Source of the DNA: an uncultured candidate division Zixibacteria bacterium
GTDB lineage: Bacteria; Zixibacteria; MSB-5A5; RBG-16-43-9
Assembly: GCA_963713865.1 (NCBI GenBank)
Contig: OY970208.1
Coordinates: 1,280,001 to 1,344,000, forward strand
Direction of reading: 5' to 3'
Length of the DNA: 64,000 bases
In this document: positions 10,089 through 19,193 of the stretch, in pieces
Position numbering within the stretch: position 1 is the stretch's first letter
Layout of the letters: each line of letters starts with the position of its first letter
Position numbers and translations under genes: made by a program
The notes under the pieces: model-generated
Seen by the model: only the letters and a program-made list of their open reading frames with translations
The model's database searches: none
Told to the model about the DNA's origin: nothing

Positions 10089-11210
10089 ATGGAATTAGAA
10101 AAATTGCTTCTGGAGATGGATAGATCTCCACATCTGGCTAAACTCTTAGAATTAGCTTCAAAGGAGAAGCCAATCCCTGCAAGTTTAGACCTGGCCAGGG
10201 CTAAAAGCTTAAAATTGGGGCAGGAGACTTATTTAGAGGCACAGAATAGAGGGGTCAGCTTGTCTGAGCTTTTAGAGACTGAGGAGTATGATCCATCGCC
10301 CATCGATTCACCTCTAGATGCATTTGAAAGACAACTTTTAGTCCACGATGTTAAAGTAGGCGGTAGAAATCCTGTAACCGTGGAGATGTTCTACCAGGGC
10401 GCACCAGCACTTCTTCCTGAATTTATGCTCCGGGAGATAAAGCAGGGGCAGAAGATGAGGCCTGAATTATCAAAGTTCTTAGCTTCATCTGCTCAGATTT
10501 CCAATTCACGTTATACCCCTTTTTATGTAAATGTTATGCCTTCGCAGAAAAAGCTTTCTTTGAGACCTATCGGGGATCAGGTAGAAATTCCAACTATCTC
10601 TATTGCTGAGCAGGAGCATACGATCGTTGTTCCGGATTATGGTGTTACTTTGAAGACCTCTTACAAGGCTTTGAGGTCCAGGACCACTGCTCAGTTTAAA
10701 GTACTCTTATGGTATATCGGTTTCAGACTACAAGCGGATAAGATGGGTCTGGTGGTTAATACTATCATCAACGGGGATGGGAACAGCAACTCTTCCACAG
10801 TTTTTAATACAGCCACTTCCGGCTCTCTGCTCTATTCAGATTTGATCAGTTTATGGAACGAGTTTTTCCCTTTTGAGATGAATACGATTGTCTGTCATAA
10901 AAACCTTTTGCGCACTATCCTGACGATGAGCGAATTCAAAGACCCGATGGCAGGTTTCAATTTTCAGAGAACCGGAGAGTTAGTTTCTCCTTTGGGCTCG
11001 ACTTTGATAAGGTGCGATGATGTTCCTACAGATTTAGTTATCGGACTGGATAATCGCTTTGCGATTGAGGAGGTAATAACCCAGCCTCTAATGGTGGAAT
11101 ATGATAAGGTGATCGAGCAGAAGTTAGAGGAGGCGGTTATCTCCGAATCGGTAGCTTATGCGAAGGTGATTAAAAAGGCATCGCTGGTTCTGGACACGGT
11201 CTGGACGTAA
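10089..11210 (+). CDS. Phage major capsid protein (HK97-type fold, inferred)
   Basis: 373 aa; LDAFERQL, LLPEF, YGVTLKTSYKAL, VNTIINGDGN and C-terminal EYDKVIEQKLEEAVISESVAYAKV patterns typical of one capsid family. Confidence 0.75.
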   Translation: MELEKLLLEMDRSPHLAKLLELASKEKPIPASLDLARAKSLKLGQETYLEAQNRGVSLSELLETEEYDPSPIDSPLDAFERQLLVHDVKVGGRNPVTVEMFYQGAPALLPEFMLREIKQGQKMRPELSKFLASSAQISNSRYTPFYVNVMPSQKKLSLRPIGDQVEIPTISIAEQEHTIVVPDYGVTLKTSYKALRSRTTAQFKVLLWYIGFRLQADKMGLVVNTIINGDGNSNSSTVFNTATSGSLLYSDLISLWNEFFPFEMNTIVCHKNLLRTILTMSEFKDPMAGFNFQRTGELVSPLGSTLIRCDDVPTDLVIGLDNRFAIEEVITQPLMVEYDKVIEQKLEEAVISESVAYAKVIKKASLVLDTVWT

Positions 11211-11420
11211 AAGAAAGGTTTAAAGGTTCAAAAGTTCAAGGAAAAAAGATAAAGGAAAATGAAAGAAGGAAAATAAAAAAAAATTACGGATTTTGAATTT
11301 TGAATGATGGCTGAATTCACGTAGGGGAGGGGCTTGTCCCCTCCCCTTTTTTTCGCCCCAACGCGGGCGACCACAGGGGGTTGCCCCTACCACTTCTATC
11401 TTCCATTTGTCATTGTTTTT

Positions 11421-12971
11421 CTAAAGACACGGTGCCGGTCCACCTTTGAAAAGATAATTGATTAAATAGACTATATCGCTAACAGTTACTTTGCTATCAC
11501 AATTAAGATCCGCAGATGGTAACGGAACTGGTGCTGGCCCTCCTTTAAATAAATAATTTATCATATAAACCACATCCGAGACGGTTACCGAGCCATCACT
11601 ATTAGCATCACCTCGCAGGGCATCGATCTGCAAATACTTGATGGTTGTGTAGTCACTTGAGGTTCCAGTGCCCTGGCTCTCACCAGTTACATAGACATTA
11701 CCAGAGTCATCTACGGTTATAGCCCTGGCAGTTTCCTGAGAGTTCACTGGTCCATTATATCTGGCTACCCAGAGCTGGTTACCATCCGGATCATACTTTA
11801 CTGTGGCAAAATCATCCGCTTTCAAATCAGCATCGTCACTCGATCCGGTCACATAAACATTGCCAAAGCTATCCACGGCTAAAGCATAAGCCACATCGCA
11901 GCCATCCAGCCAGGAGTGGTATCTTGCTGCCCAGAGCTCGTTCCCTTCCTGGTCGTATTTTACGGTGGCATAGTCGAAAAGGGTATTACTCATGCGGGTC
12001 CATCCGGTTACCCACGCATTCCCCCAACCATCTGCGGCTATAGCTAGAGCAGATGCGCCAGGGTCATTGCCCGGCTCACCACAATACCTTCTAATCCAGA
12101 GCTCGTTTCCGCTGGAATCATACTTCACAGTTGCATACTCATTTAAGGTCTCGATACCTGCACTTCCTCCAGTCACATAGACATTGCCAGAACTATCTAA
12201 AGCCAAAGCATAAGCCACATCACTTCCACCTTTAGGTCCATTGTATCTTCGCACCCAGAGCTCATTTCCCTCCAGGTCATATTTTAGAGTTGCGTAATCC
12301 GCAATTGTTACGCCGCTATTACTTCCTCCGGATACATAGATATTTCCGAAATTATCTACTGCGATTGCATTGGCCTCATCTCCCCCGTTACCGGACCCGT
12401 TATACCTTTTTACCCAGAGCTCGTTTCCATTTATATCATATTTCACGGTTGCATAGTCTTTGTTGGTTACACTGCTGAAACTATATCCGGTCACATAGAC
12501 ATTCCCGGAATCATCTACCGCTATATCTGATGCTCGATCATCCGAGCTTTCTGGTCCGTTGTACCTTTTTACCCAGGCAGTCTCCCCGTCGGGATAATAC
12601 TTGAGGGTGACATAGTCGAAGTCACTGCTACTGATTTGACTATATCCAGTTACATAGACATTCCCTGTGCCATCCATTGCCAGGGCAGCTGCTACATCTG
12701 AAGAATCTATAGGTCCATTGTACCTTCTTACCCAGGCAGTCTCCCCATCGGGATAATATTTAAGGGTGGTATAGTCCCAACCTGTCCCATTCCCCAGGCT
12801 CTGTCCGGTTACGTAAACATTACCTGAATCGTCTACTGCTATAGCTATAGCAATATCTTGCGAGTTTCCTGGACCATTGTATCTTCTTACCCAGGCGGTG
12901 TCTGCAAAATCAGCAAAGAGGGGTGAAGTAAAAAGAAAGATAAAAAGGAAAGTTAAAAATGCTCTGGTCAG
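11421..12971 (-). CDS. Secreted SBBP-repeat beta-propeller protein with C-terminal dockerin-like domain
   Basis: Repeats of AVDxSGNVYVTG / DYATVKY / WVxRYNG; GDANSDG..SDVVYMINYLF tail; frame stays open upstream of 12677 to a signal peptide starting at CTG 12971. Confidence 0.85.
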   Translation of the reverse strand: MTRAFLTFLFIFLFTSPLFADFADTAWVRRYNGPGNSQDIAIAIAVDDSGNVYVTGQSLGNGTGWDYTTLKYYPDGETAWVRRYNGPIDSSDVAAALAMDGTGNVYVTGYSQISSSDFDYVTLKYYPDGETAWVKRYNGPESSDDRASDIAVDDSGNVYVTGYSFSSVTNKDYATVKYDINGNELWVKRYNGSGNGGDEANAIAVDNFGNIYVSGGSNSGVTIADYATLKYDLEGNELWVRRYNGPKGGSDVAYALALDSSGNVYVTGGSAGIETLNEYATVKYDSSGNELWIRRYCGEPGNDPGASALAIAADGWGNAWVTGWTRMSNTLFDYATVKYDQEGNELWAARYHSWLDGCDVAYALAVDSFGNVYVTGSSDDADLKADDFATVKYDPDGNQLWVARYNGPVNSQETARAITVDDSGNVYVTGESQGTGTSSDYTTIKYLQIDALRGDANSDGSVTVSDVVYMINYLFKGGPAPVPLPSADLNCDSKVTVSDIVYLINYLFKGGPAPCL

Positions 12972-13320
12972 AAGTCCTCACATTTCAAAAGAGCATCTTG
13001 ATTCGCTGCTTCAGGATTAATATAAATAATTCTTAAATTTTGACAAGATGTTTTTACAAAGCGAGAAGTGAGAAAAAAGGTTCAATTCTTTGACTGGACC
13101 AGGATCTGATAGCGTTGTATACCCAAACTTGTTTGGGGATGGCACGCTTCATCCCCATATTTAATGACCTCACCCTCGCCTTCTCCTGTCCTACGGTGGC
13201 TACGAGCCAGCCCGCCCGTAAGGCGCCAGACGCAGTCTCCATTTCTCGGACGAGAAGAGGGGATAAAGAGAACAGACAAGATGTCTGTTACGCCTATCAA
13301 GGGAGAAGAGATTAGTTTTT

Positions 13321-13349
13321 ACAGAAAAGCTATTGGTTTTAAAGTAAAA
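13321..13349 (+). promoter_or_regulatory. Candidate shared regulatory motif, copy 1
   Basis: acagaaaagctattggttttaaagtaaaa; 25/29 identical to 17364-17392. Confidence 0.45.
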
Positions 13350-13438
13350 AAGAAAGGAAGAAGGGGGATGAAAGGCTAAAGGCTATAGACTAAAGTCTAA
13401 AGTCGAAAAGCAAAAAACCAATAGCGAATAGCGAACTT

Positions 13439-14864
13439 ATGCAAAAATTAATCGATACGGTTAGCGCTTATTATGGGAGCGGGATTCAGACCCAGAATAA
13501 ACTCTTTATAGTTTCTTCCGGGCAGTATAAAGGGAGGGTGATTTTAATTTATCCTCTGAATGCAGGCACAATCGTCTACAGATGGGCTGAGCCTCCATAT
13601 ATATCTTGGTCTTCACCAGTAAATATAGTTGCCAATTCTGGGGATTTCCCCTGTTCTGGTTTTATGGATTCATCTGGTAATCTTTACCTCACTTACACCG
13701 TGCAGACCAGTTTGGCTTTAGCGATGGTTAAGCTTTCCTTCACCAATGGTTCCTGGTCGATTGGAGCAGTAAGGAACGTCTGCACAGTGGAAAGTAATTA
13801 TTATCCTTCTATACTTAAAGATTCGATTAACAGGTTGTGGATCTCTTGGAGCTATTATGATTCAGTAACGGGGAGGTATTCGGTGCATGCCAAATCCTCC
13901 ACCGATGACGGGATAACCTGGGGAACAGGGGAGACTGACCCGGGTGAGGCTTTAACCTCTGACAGTGCAAGCTGTTCTTCTCAATTGATTTTTCAATCAC
14001 CTTATATCAGATGTTTTTATTCTGATGACGGGAATACCTTAGCTTACCGTTCCTTTGAGCTTTTCGGTGGAGTTCTGGTCTTCTGCAGTTCTGGTTTATT
14101 CAGGGTCTAATATTCAGGATGATTTTCAGATTTCTCTTTCTACAGACAATAAATTGGGGATTGTTTTTCCAGGGAGTTCTTCTCTTTTGTACCGGGAGTA
14201 TGATGGAGCCTCCTGGAGTGGAGCATCTCCAGTGGATTCTGGTTTACCCATCAGTCCGGCAATAAAATTTTTCGAAAATACACCTTATGTTTTTTACGGG
14301 AAGAATATGGGAGCGAATCAGAATCAGCTTTTCTACTCTTATAAGTCCGGAAGCTCTTTTACTACTCCGGCTCCTCTGGTTGATGGGGCAAAGGTTCTGG
14401 ATAAAGTTTTCTGCTATGATAATTCTGCAACTAATAAATATTATGACAGGACCACAGAAGCAGTAAATACTACTCCTGCAGATATTTTTCATCCAACCTC
14501 TAATAGTTTAATCCGGGATATAGATGATGTCTTCTACCTGGGGATGGATGAGAAATTCAATCAGGTAAAAGTCATTTTGTCAACAGCTGGGATAGGGGGA
14601 CAGGTGGTATGGGAATACTGGAATGGTTTTGAATGGAAAAGCTTTACACCTTATTCTGGAGTTTATCATTTAGATTCGGGTAATAAACTGGTTATTCTGT
14701 GGCAGGATTTGTTTTCTGTCCCTTCTGACTGGCAGCAGTGCGGGGTGAATAACTCGACTGAGTTCTGGATTAGAGCCAGGGTTACTACTGCATATACTAC
14801 TGTGCCGGTCGGAACGCAGATTACGACAGTACCGGAAAACAAATACTTAATAGTGGTTCAATAG
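13439..14864 (+). CDS. Phage-like hypothetical protein (Asp-box propeller N-terminus, WEYWNG/FWIRAR C-domain), split by a +1 frameshift at ~14075
   Basis: SSTDDGITWG Asp-box; two overlapping ORFs join if one base is removed at GTTCTGG 14072-14078. Confidence 0.55.
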
Positions 14865-14950
14865 TTCAAAAGTTCAATCTGCCAAAGGTAGAGAAAGAAA
14901 ACCTCACCCCATCCCTCTTCTTAATATTAAGGAGAGGAAAAAAAATAATA

Positions 14951-14981
14951 AAAAACCCTCCTGCAGATCTGCGGGAGGGTT
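14951..14981 (-). terminator. Intrinsic terminator downstream of cspA
   Basis: aaaaaccctcctgcagatctgcgggagggtt hairpin with U-tract on the - strand. Confidence 0.6.
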
Positions 14982-15004
14982 GATAATGCGGTCAAATATA
15001 TTTT

Positions 15005-15208
15005 TTATAATTTAACTACATTAATTGCCTGTGGTCCTTTGGGTCCCTGAGTTGTCTCGAAGCTGACCTCATCTCCATCATTCAGGGATTTAAATCCATC
15101 ACCCTGAAGAGACGAATAATGCACAAAGACATCTTTGCTGCCATCGTTTGGAGAAATAAAGCCATAGCCCTTTGATTCATTAAACCACTTTACTTTACCT
15201 TCTGCCAA
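15005..15208 (-). CDS. cspA: Cold-shock protein
   Basis: [15 protein letters not shown] and DVFVHYS (RNP1/RNP2); likely TTG start. Confidence 0.95.
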   Translation of the reverse strand: MAEGKVKWFNESKGYGFISPNDGSKDVFVHYSSLQGDGFKSLNDGDEVSFETTQGPKGPQAINVVKL

Positions 15209-15442
15209 TTCCTTTTTCACCACCTTTCATCCGAATAACGTTAAAACAAAAAACCACGAAATCCACTAAACCTTGAGTTTTCGTGGTCACTATAATTATA
15301 ATCTAATAAATCGAAACTTTCCTTTTTCAAAACCTTCACTTCATATTATACGTCAAAAAAATCGTTTTGTCAAACAAAATTTTTGTAAACATAAATTATT
15401 ACTGATATCGACAAAAACTGAGGTGAGCTTTAATATCCATTT

Positions 15443-16987
15443 TCAGCAACTTGGTGGGGGGCCACCTTTGAAAAGATAGTTGATTAAAAAGACTACATCG
15501 GAGATTGAGGGTTTTCCATCGTAGTTGCAGTCAGCAGAGATAAGAGGATCTGGAGGTGCTCCTCCTTTGAAAAGATAGTTTATAAGATAAACGACATCAG
15601 CGATAGAGACTTTTCCATCCTGATTTACATCTCCACGATAAAAAACAATATGATTATATTTAATGGTTACATAATCAAATTTTGTTTCACTCTGGTAGCT
15701 TTGACCAGTTACAAAAACGTTACCTGAATTGTCTACTGCTATAGCAGTGGGTTTATCATCTTCTCCTCCATTATATCTATTTAACCATAGGAGGTTGCCT
15801 GCTGGATCATATTTCAGAGTGGCGAAATCAAAATCTGTTCCGTTGCCAAAACTTCCACCGGTGACATAGACATTGCACGAATCATCTATGGCTATGGCTG
15901 TAGCCTCGTCATTGCCATTTCCAGGTCCGTTATATCTTCTCACCCAGAGCTGGTTTCCACCTGGATCATACTTTATAGTGGCATAGTCAAAATAGGTTGA
16001 GCTGTCGTAACTTTTTCCGGTTAGATAGATATTACCAAACCGGTCCAGGGCTAAATCGGTTGCCTGGTCTTCAGAGTTGCTTGTTCCATTATATCTTCTC
16101 ACCCAGGCCGTATCTCCATCAGGATAATATTTCAGGGTAACGTAATCGTTATCCATGAAGTTATCATAACTTGTTCCGGTAACAAAGATATTTCCAGAAC
16201 CGTCTACCGCAATGGCACAGGCATCGTCGTCTGAATTCCCTGAACCATTATATCTTCTGAGCCAGGCGGTATCGCCGTTCGGGTAATATTTTATGGTGGC
16301 ATAATCAAAGCCATTATCTCTGCTGGAGCTTAATCCCGTTAAGCAGAGATTACCCCAAGGATCAATACTTAAGTCTTTGGGATGGTCATAACCGTTTCCA
16401 GGTCCGTTGTATCTTCTTAACCAGGCTGTTTCACCATCAGGATAATATTTAAAAGTAGCATAGTCATCAAAAGTAACAAGATCCCAGCTATGTCCGGTTA
16501 CATAGATATTCCCTGAAGAATCAACGGTTATGGCGGTTGCAGCATCATCGTGGTTTGTTACCGGACCAGGGTATCTTCTTACCCAGGTGGTCTCTCCATC
16601 TGGCTGATATTTTATGGTGGTATAGTCAAAGTTATAGAATGTGCCTATTCCCACACTCCAGCCAGTTACATATAAATTTCCTGATTTGTCCAGAGCTAAG
16701 GCAGTTGCCCCGTCATCGTAATTTCCTGTGCCATTATATCGTTTTAGCCAGGCAAGTTCTCCATCCGAGTAATATTTCAGAGTAGCATAATCATATCCTG
16801 TGTTGTAGCTAAAGCTCTGACCGGTAACATAGACATTTCCAGAATCGTCTAAAGTCAGGGCTGAAGGAAAATCATTAAGGTCTGCTGATCCGTTGTATCT
16901 TTTAACCCAGATAGTGTCGACTTCCTGGCAAAGGAGAATTAGAGGTATATTGAGAAGCAAAAAAAGAGCTAAGAGAAATTTTCTCAT
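15443..16987 (-). CDS. Secreted SBBP-repeat beta-propeller protein with dockerin-like tail (paralog of 11421-12971)
   Basis: Signal peptide MRKFLLALFLL, SBBP repeats, GDVNQDG..ADVVYLINYLF. Confidence 0.88.
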   Translation of the reverse strand: MRKFLLALFLLLNIPLILLCQEVDTIWVKRYNGSADLNDFPSALTLDDSGNVYVTGQSFSYNTGYDYATLKYYSDGELAWLKRYNGTGNYDDGATALALDKSGNLYVTGWSVGIGTFYNFDYTTIKYQPDGETTWVRRYPGPVTNHDDAATAITVDSSGNIYVTGHSWDLVTFDDYATFKYYPDGETAWLRRYNGPGNGYDHPKDLSIDPWGNLCLTGLSSSRDNGFDYATIKYYPNGDTAWLRRYNGSGNSDDDACAIAVDGSGNIFVTGTSYDNFMDNDYVTLKYYPDGDTAWVRRYNGTSNSEDQATDLALDRFGNIYLTGKSYDSSTYFDYATIKYDPGGNQLWVRRYNGPGNGNDEATAIAIDDSCNVYVTGGSFGNGTDFDFATLKYDPAGNLLWLNRYNGGEDDKPTAIAVDNSGNVFVTGQSYQSETKFDYVTIKYNHIVFYRGDVNQDGKVSIADVVYLINYLFKGGAPPDPLISADCNYDGKPSISDVVFLINYLFKGGPPPSC

Positions 16988-17363
16988 AAGGTAATCCCGG
17001 TTTAGCCTGTCAGGTCAGTCCGCCTTAGGCGGATGACAAGCACTGGAATAAAGGTACTCCTACATTTAATATACGTCCATTTCTTGTTTCGACAAGAAAG
17101 ATAGTTAAATAAAGGGTTCAAGAGTTCAAGGGATGAAGGGAGTAAATAGAGGATGAAGTAAGGTAAAAATGTGAGCGTTATTCGGGTAGCATGAACGTGG
17201 GTAAAAACAAAAGGAAGATGGAGGATAGAAAACAAAAAAATGACAAATGATAAGGAAAAAAATTCAGGGATAAGCCCTAACGTCACAAAAATCTAAAAAA
17301 AACAGACAAGATGTCTGTTCCACCGATTTTCACAAAAAATATGGGGGTTACCAACTTGGAACA

Positions 17364-17392
17364 ACAGAATTGCTATTGGTTTTAAGGTGAAA
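17364..17392 (+). promoter_or_regulatory. Candidate shared regulatory motif, copy 2
   Basis: acagaattgctattggttttaaggtgaaa, ~115 bp before the 17506 gene. Confidence 0.45.
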
Positions 17393-17505
17393 GGGAATAA
17401 GAAAAGGAAGATGGAAGACGTAAGACGAAAAATAAATACTTAAAAATTAAAAGCAAATAGCCAAAAACCAATAATAGCCAACGGTGAACAGCAAGGTGCA
17501 AAATT

Positions 17506-18342
17506 ATGAGTTTTACTAACATCTCTTTAGTTAAAAAGCATATCTCCGAGCATCGTCTGGGGATTTCTGAGATGGAAAACCATCCCTGTCATCTTTCGGG
17601 GGATTCTCCAGTTAAGCTTCCGGATTCTAATGTCCAGGTTGGCTCAGAGAAGATTAAAGGTAAGGAGATTTTATCTCCGGTTCAGGAGGGGGTAAGTTTT
17701 TTATCCGGGGACACAATTCAGCTTTTACATTCGGAGTTGATTTTAGATACAGTGGTCGTTACCTCAGACTCATCCTTAGGGAAAATCTACGTGGAGAATA
17801 TCGATTATTCGATAGATTATGAGAATGGAAAATTGACCCGGATTTCAAGCGGCTCAATTTCAGCTCTGTCTTCAGTGGTTATTTTTTACCTCTATTACCG
17901 GGTTTATCAAAAAGATATAGATTACAAACTCGATTTTCAGAAAGGTGAGCTTACCCGAATTGCCAGCGGAGCGATAGAGGATGGGCAATGGGTTCTTTTA
18001 GATTACAAGGTGGAATACGGGTTTTTAAATGATGAAACTATTGCCCAGGCGATGGCGGAGGCAAATGAGAGGATTTTGAAATTCATCGACCCTTCTTATT
18101 ATGAATCTGAAGATCAAGGACTGGTTATTGCAGAGACCTGTCTTTCAGTATCAATCCTCTGTGACATTAAGGCCGTTGAGGTTCTAAATTTCAATATCTA
18201 TGGAGCCAATGCCCAGCTTTTATCCAGGTCCTGGAATACGATGGCTGAGGTTTACTCCAAAAAGGCATATCTAATCCTGAGCAATTTTGCCAAGCCGGGT
18301 TCTTCACTGATTGCACCTAAAGCGGTAAAAAGTGAAAATTAA
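17506..18342 (+). CDS. Putative head-tail adaptor-like protein with inserted DYxIDYxxG beta domains
   Basis: MSFT..LVK start, helical C-part (DETIAQAMAEANERILKFI...Y.KKAYLIL) resembling gp15/Mu gp36 adaptors; internal repeats ENIDYSIDYENGKLTRI and KDIDYKLDFQKGELTRI. Confidence 0.45.
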   Translation: MSFTNISLVKKHISEHRLGISEMENHPCHLSGDSPVKLPDSNVQVGSEKIKGKEILSPVQEGVSFLSGDTIQLLHSELILDTVVVTSDSSLGKIYVENIDYSIDYENGKLTRISSGSISALSSVVIFYLYYRVYQKDIDYKLDFQKGELTRIASGAIEDGQWVLLDYKVEYGFLNDETIAQAMAEANERILKFIDPSYYESEDQGLVIAETCLSVSILCDIKAVEVLNFNIYGANAQLLSRSWNTMAEVYSKKAYLILSNFAKPGSSLIAPKAVKSEN

Positions 18343-18420
18343 GACGAAAGACGATGTAAGTTCAAAGGTTCAAATGTTTAAAATCAAAAGCAAATAGCTA
18401 ACAGCTAAAAGCGGATCTAT

Positions 18421-18790
18421 ATGAACATCACATTAGATTATCTCAGGGGGAGAAGGGTCTGGCTAATTAAAAATTTTTGCGTCTGGGGAGAATATTCCGC
18501 AATTGATCTTCTTTTCGTTCAGACGGAGATAACAGAGTCTTCAAAGAGGGTCATTTTCAATAGAATTGGTCTGGGAGGAAAGGCTCAGGAGTCAAATTTT
18601 AGTACCCTGTATGATTATAAAGGGAATCAACTTCCACAGGAAATAGAGTCTCCTAAAATTTTAGTATTACCTAAGAATGATATCTTCTGTCTGGTGATAG
18701 AAGAATCGAAAACGAATTTTAAAATCGTTAAAGGGAATAACTCTTCTGAAAATGGTTCTGGTTGACCTTCTGATATTTGAGCTGGGATAA
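18421..18790 (+). CDS. Hypothetical protein; +1 frameshift at ~18757, probable C-terminus LVDLLIFELG*
   Basis: ORF track plus short continuation in the +1 frame after GTTCTGG. Confidence 0.55.
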
Positions 18791-18923
18791 AAAATAGTGG
18801 TCAGTGATCAGTGATGAGAAAAGAAGAAAAAAAATAATAAAACGTAACCGTTGTTAGAATGTCATGAGTATAAATTGACCTCTCCCTTGCTCTCTCCTTA
18901 GAGAGGGGAGTTTAATATAAAAA

Positions 18924-19193
18924 ATGAGAAATAAAATAAATAAAAAGCAAAAAAAGAATAGGCAGAATTTTTCTGAATCGGAAAATCACAGTGAAGAAAA
19001 ATTTTTAGAGGAGCTGATCTCCTGTGTTTTGAAAAAGCTGAAATCCGGGAAATATCAGGTGAAAGTGGCAGATGCTATCCGGGCTATAGAGCTAAAGCAG
19101 AAGATAAGATCAAAAGAGCCAAAGAAAAGTAAAGAAAAAATATTCTGGGAATTGATTGATCAAATAAGGAAAGAGGAGCTGCCGAAGGAATGA
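18924..19193 (+). CDS. Small helical basic protein, possibly terminase-small-subunit-like
   Basis: 89 aa, KVADAIRAIELKQK helix; stop overlaps the next start (ATGA); the function is speculative. Confidence 0.4.
   Translation: MRNKINKKQKKNRQNFSESENHSEEKFLEELISCVLKKLKSGKYQVKVADAIRAIELKQKIRSKEPKKSKEKIFWELIDQIRKEELPKE

Noticed and set aside
10089-11210. Classical encapsulin locus
   Set aside because: No recognisable cargo enzyme adjacent; a decoration-like neighbour and nearby lysis genes favour a phage-head origin. Not fully excluded without structure.
13054-13379. Cluster of short ORFs on both strands
   Set aside because: They overlap palindromic repeats, with no convincing RBS or protein motifs.
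17002-17286. 94-aa hydrophobic ORF on the - strand
   Set aside because: Hydrophobicity comes from the complement of purine-rich repeat tracts.
17357-17374. Sigma54 promoter before module C (tggaac...ttgct)
   Set aside because: GG-to-GC spacing is 12, not the required 10.
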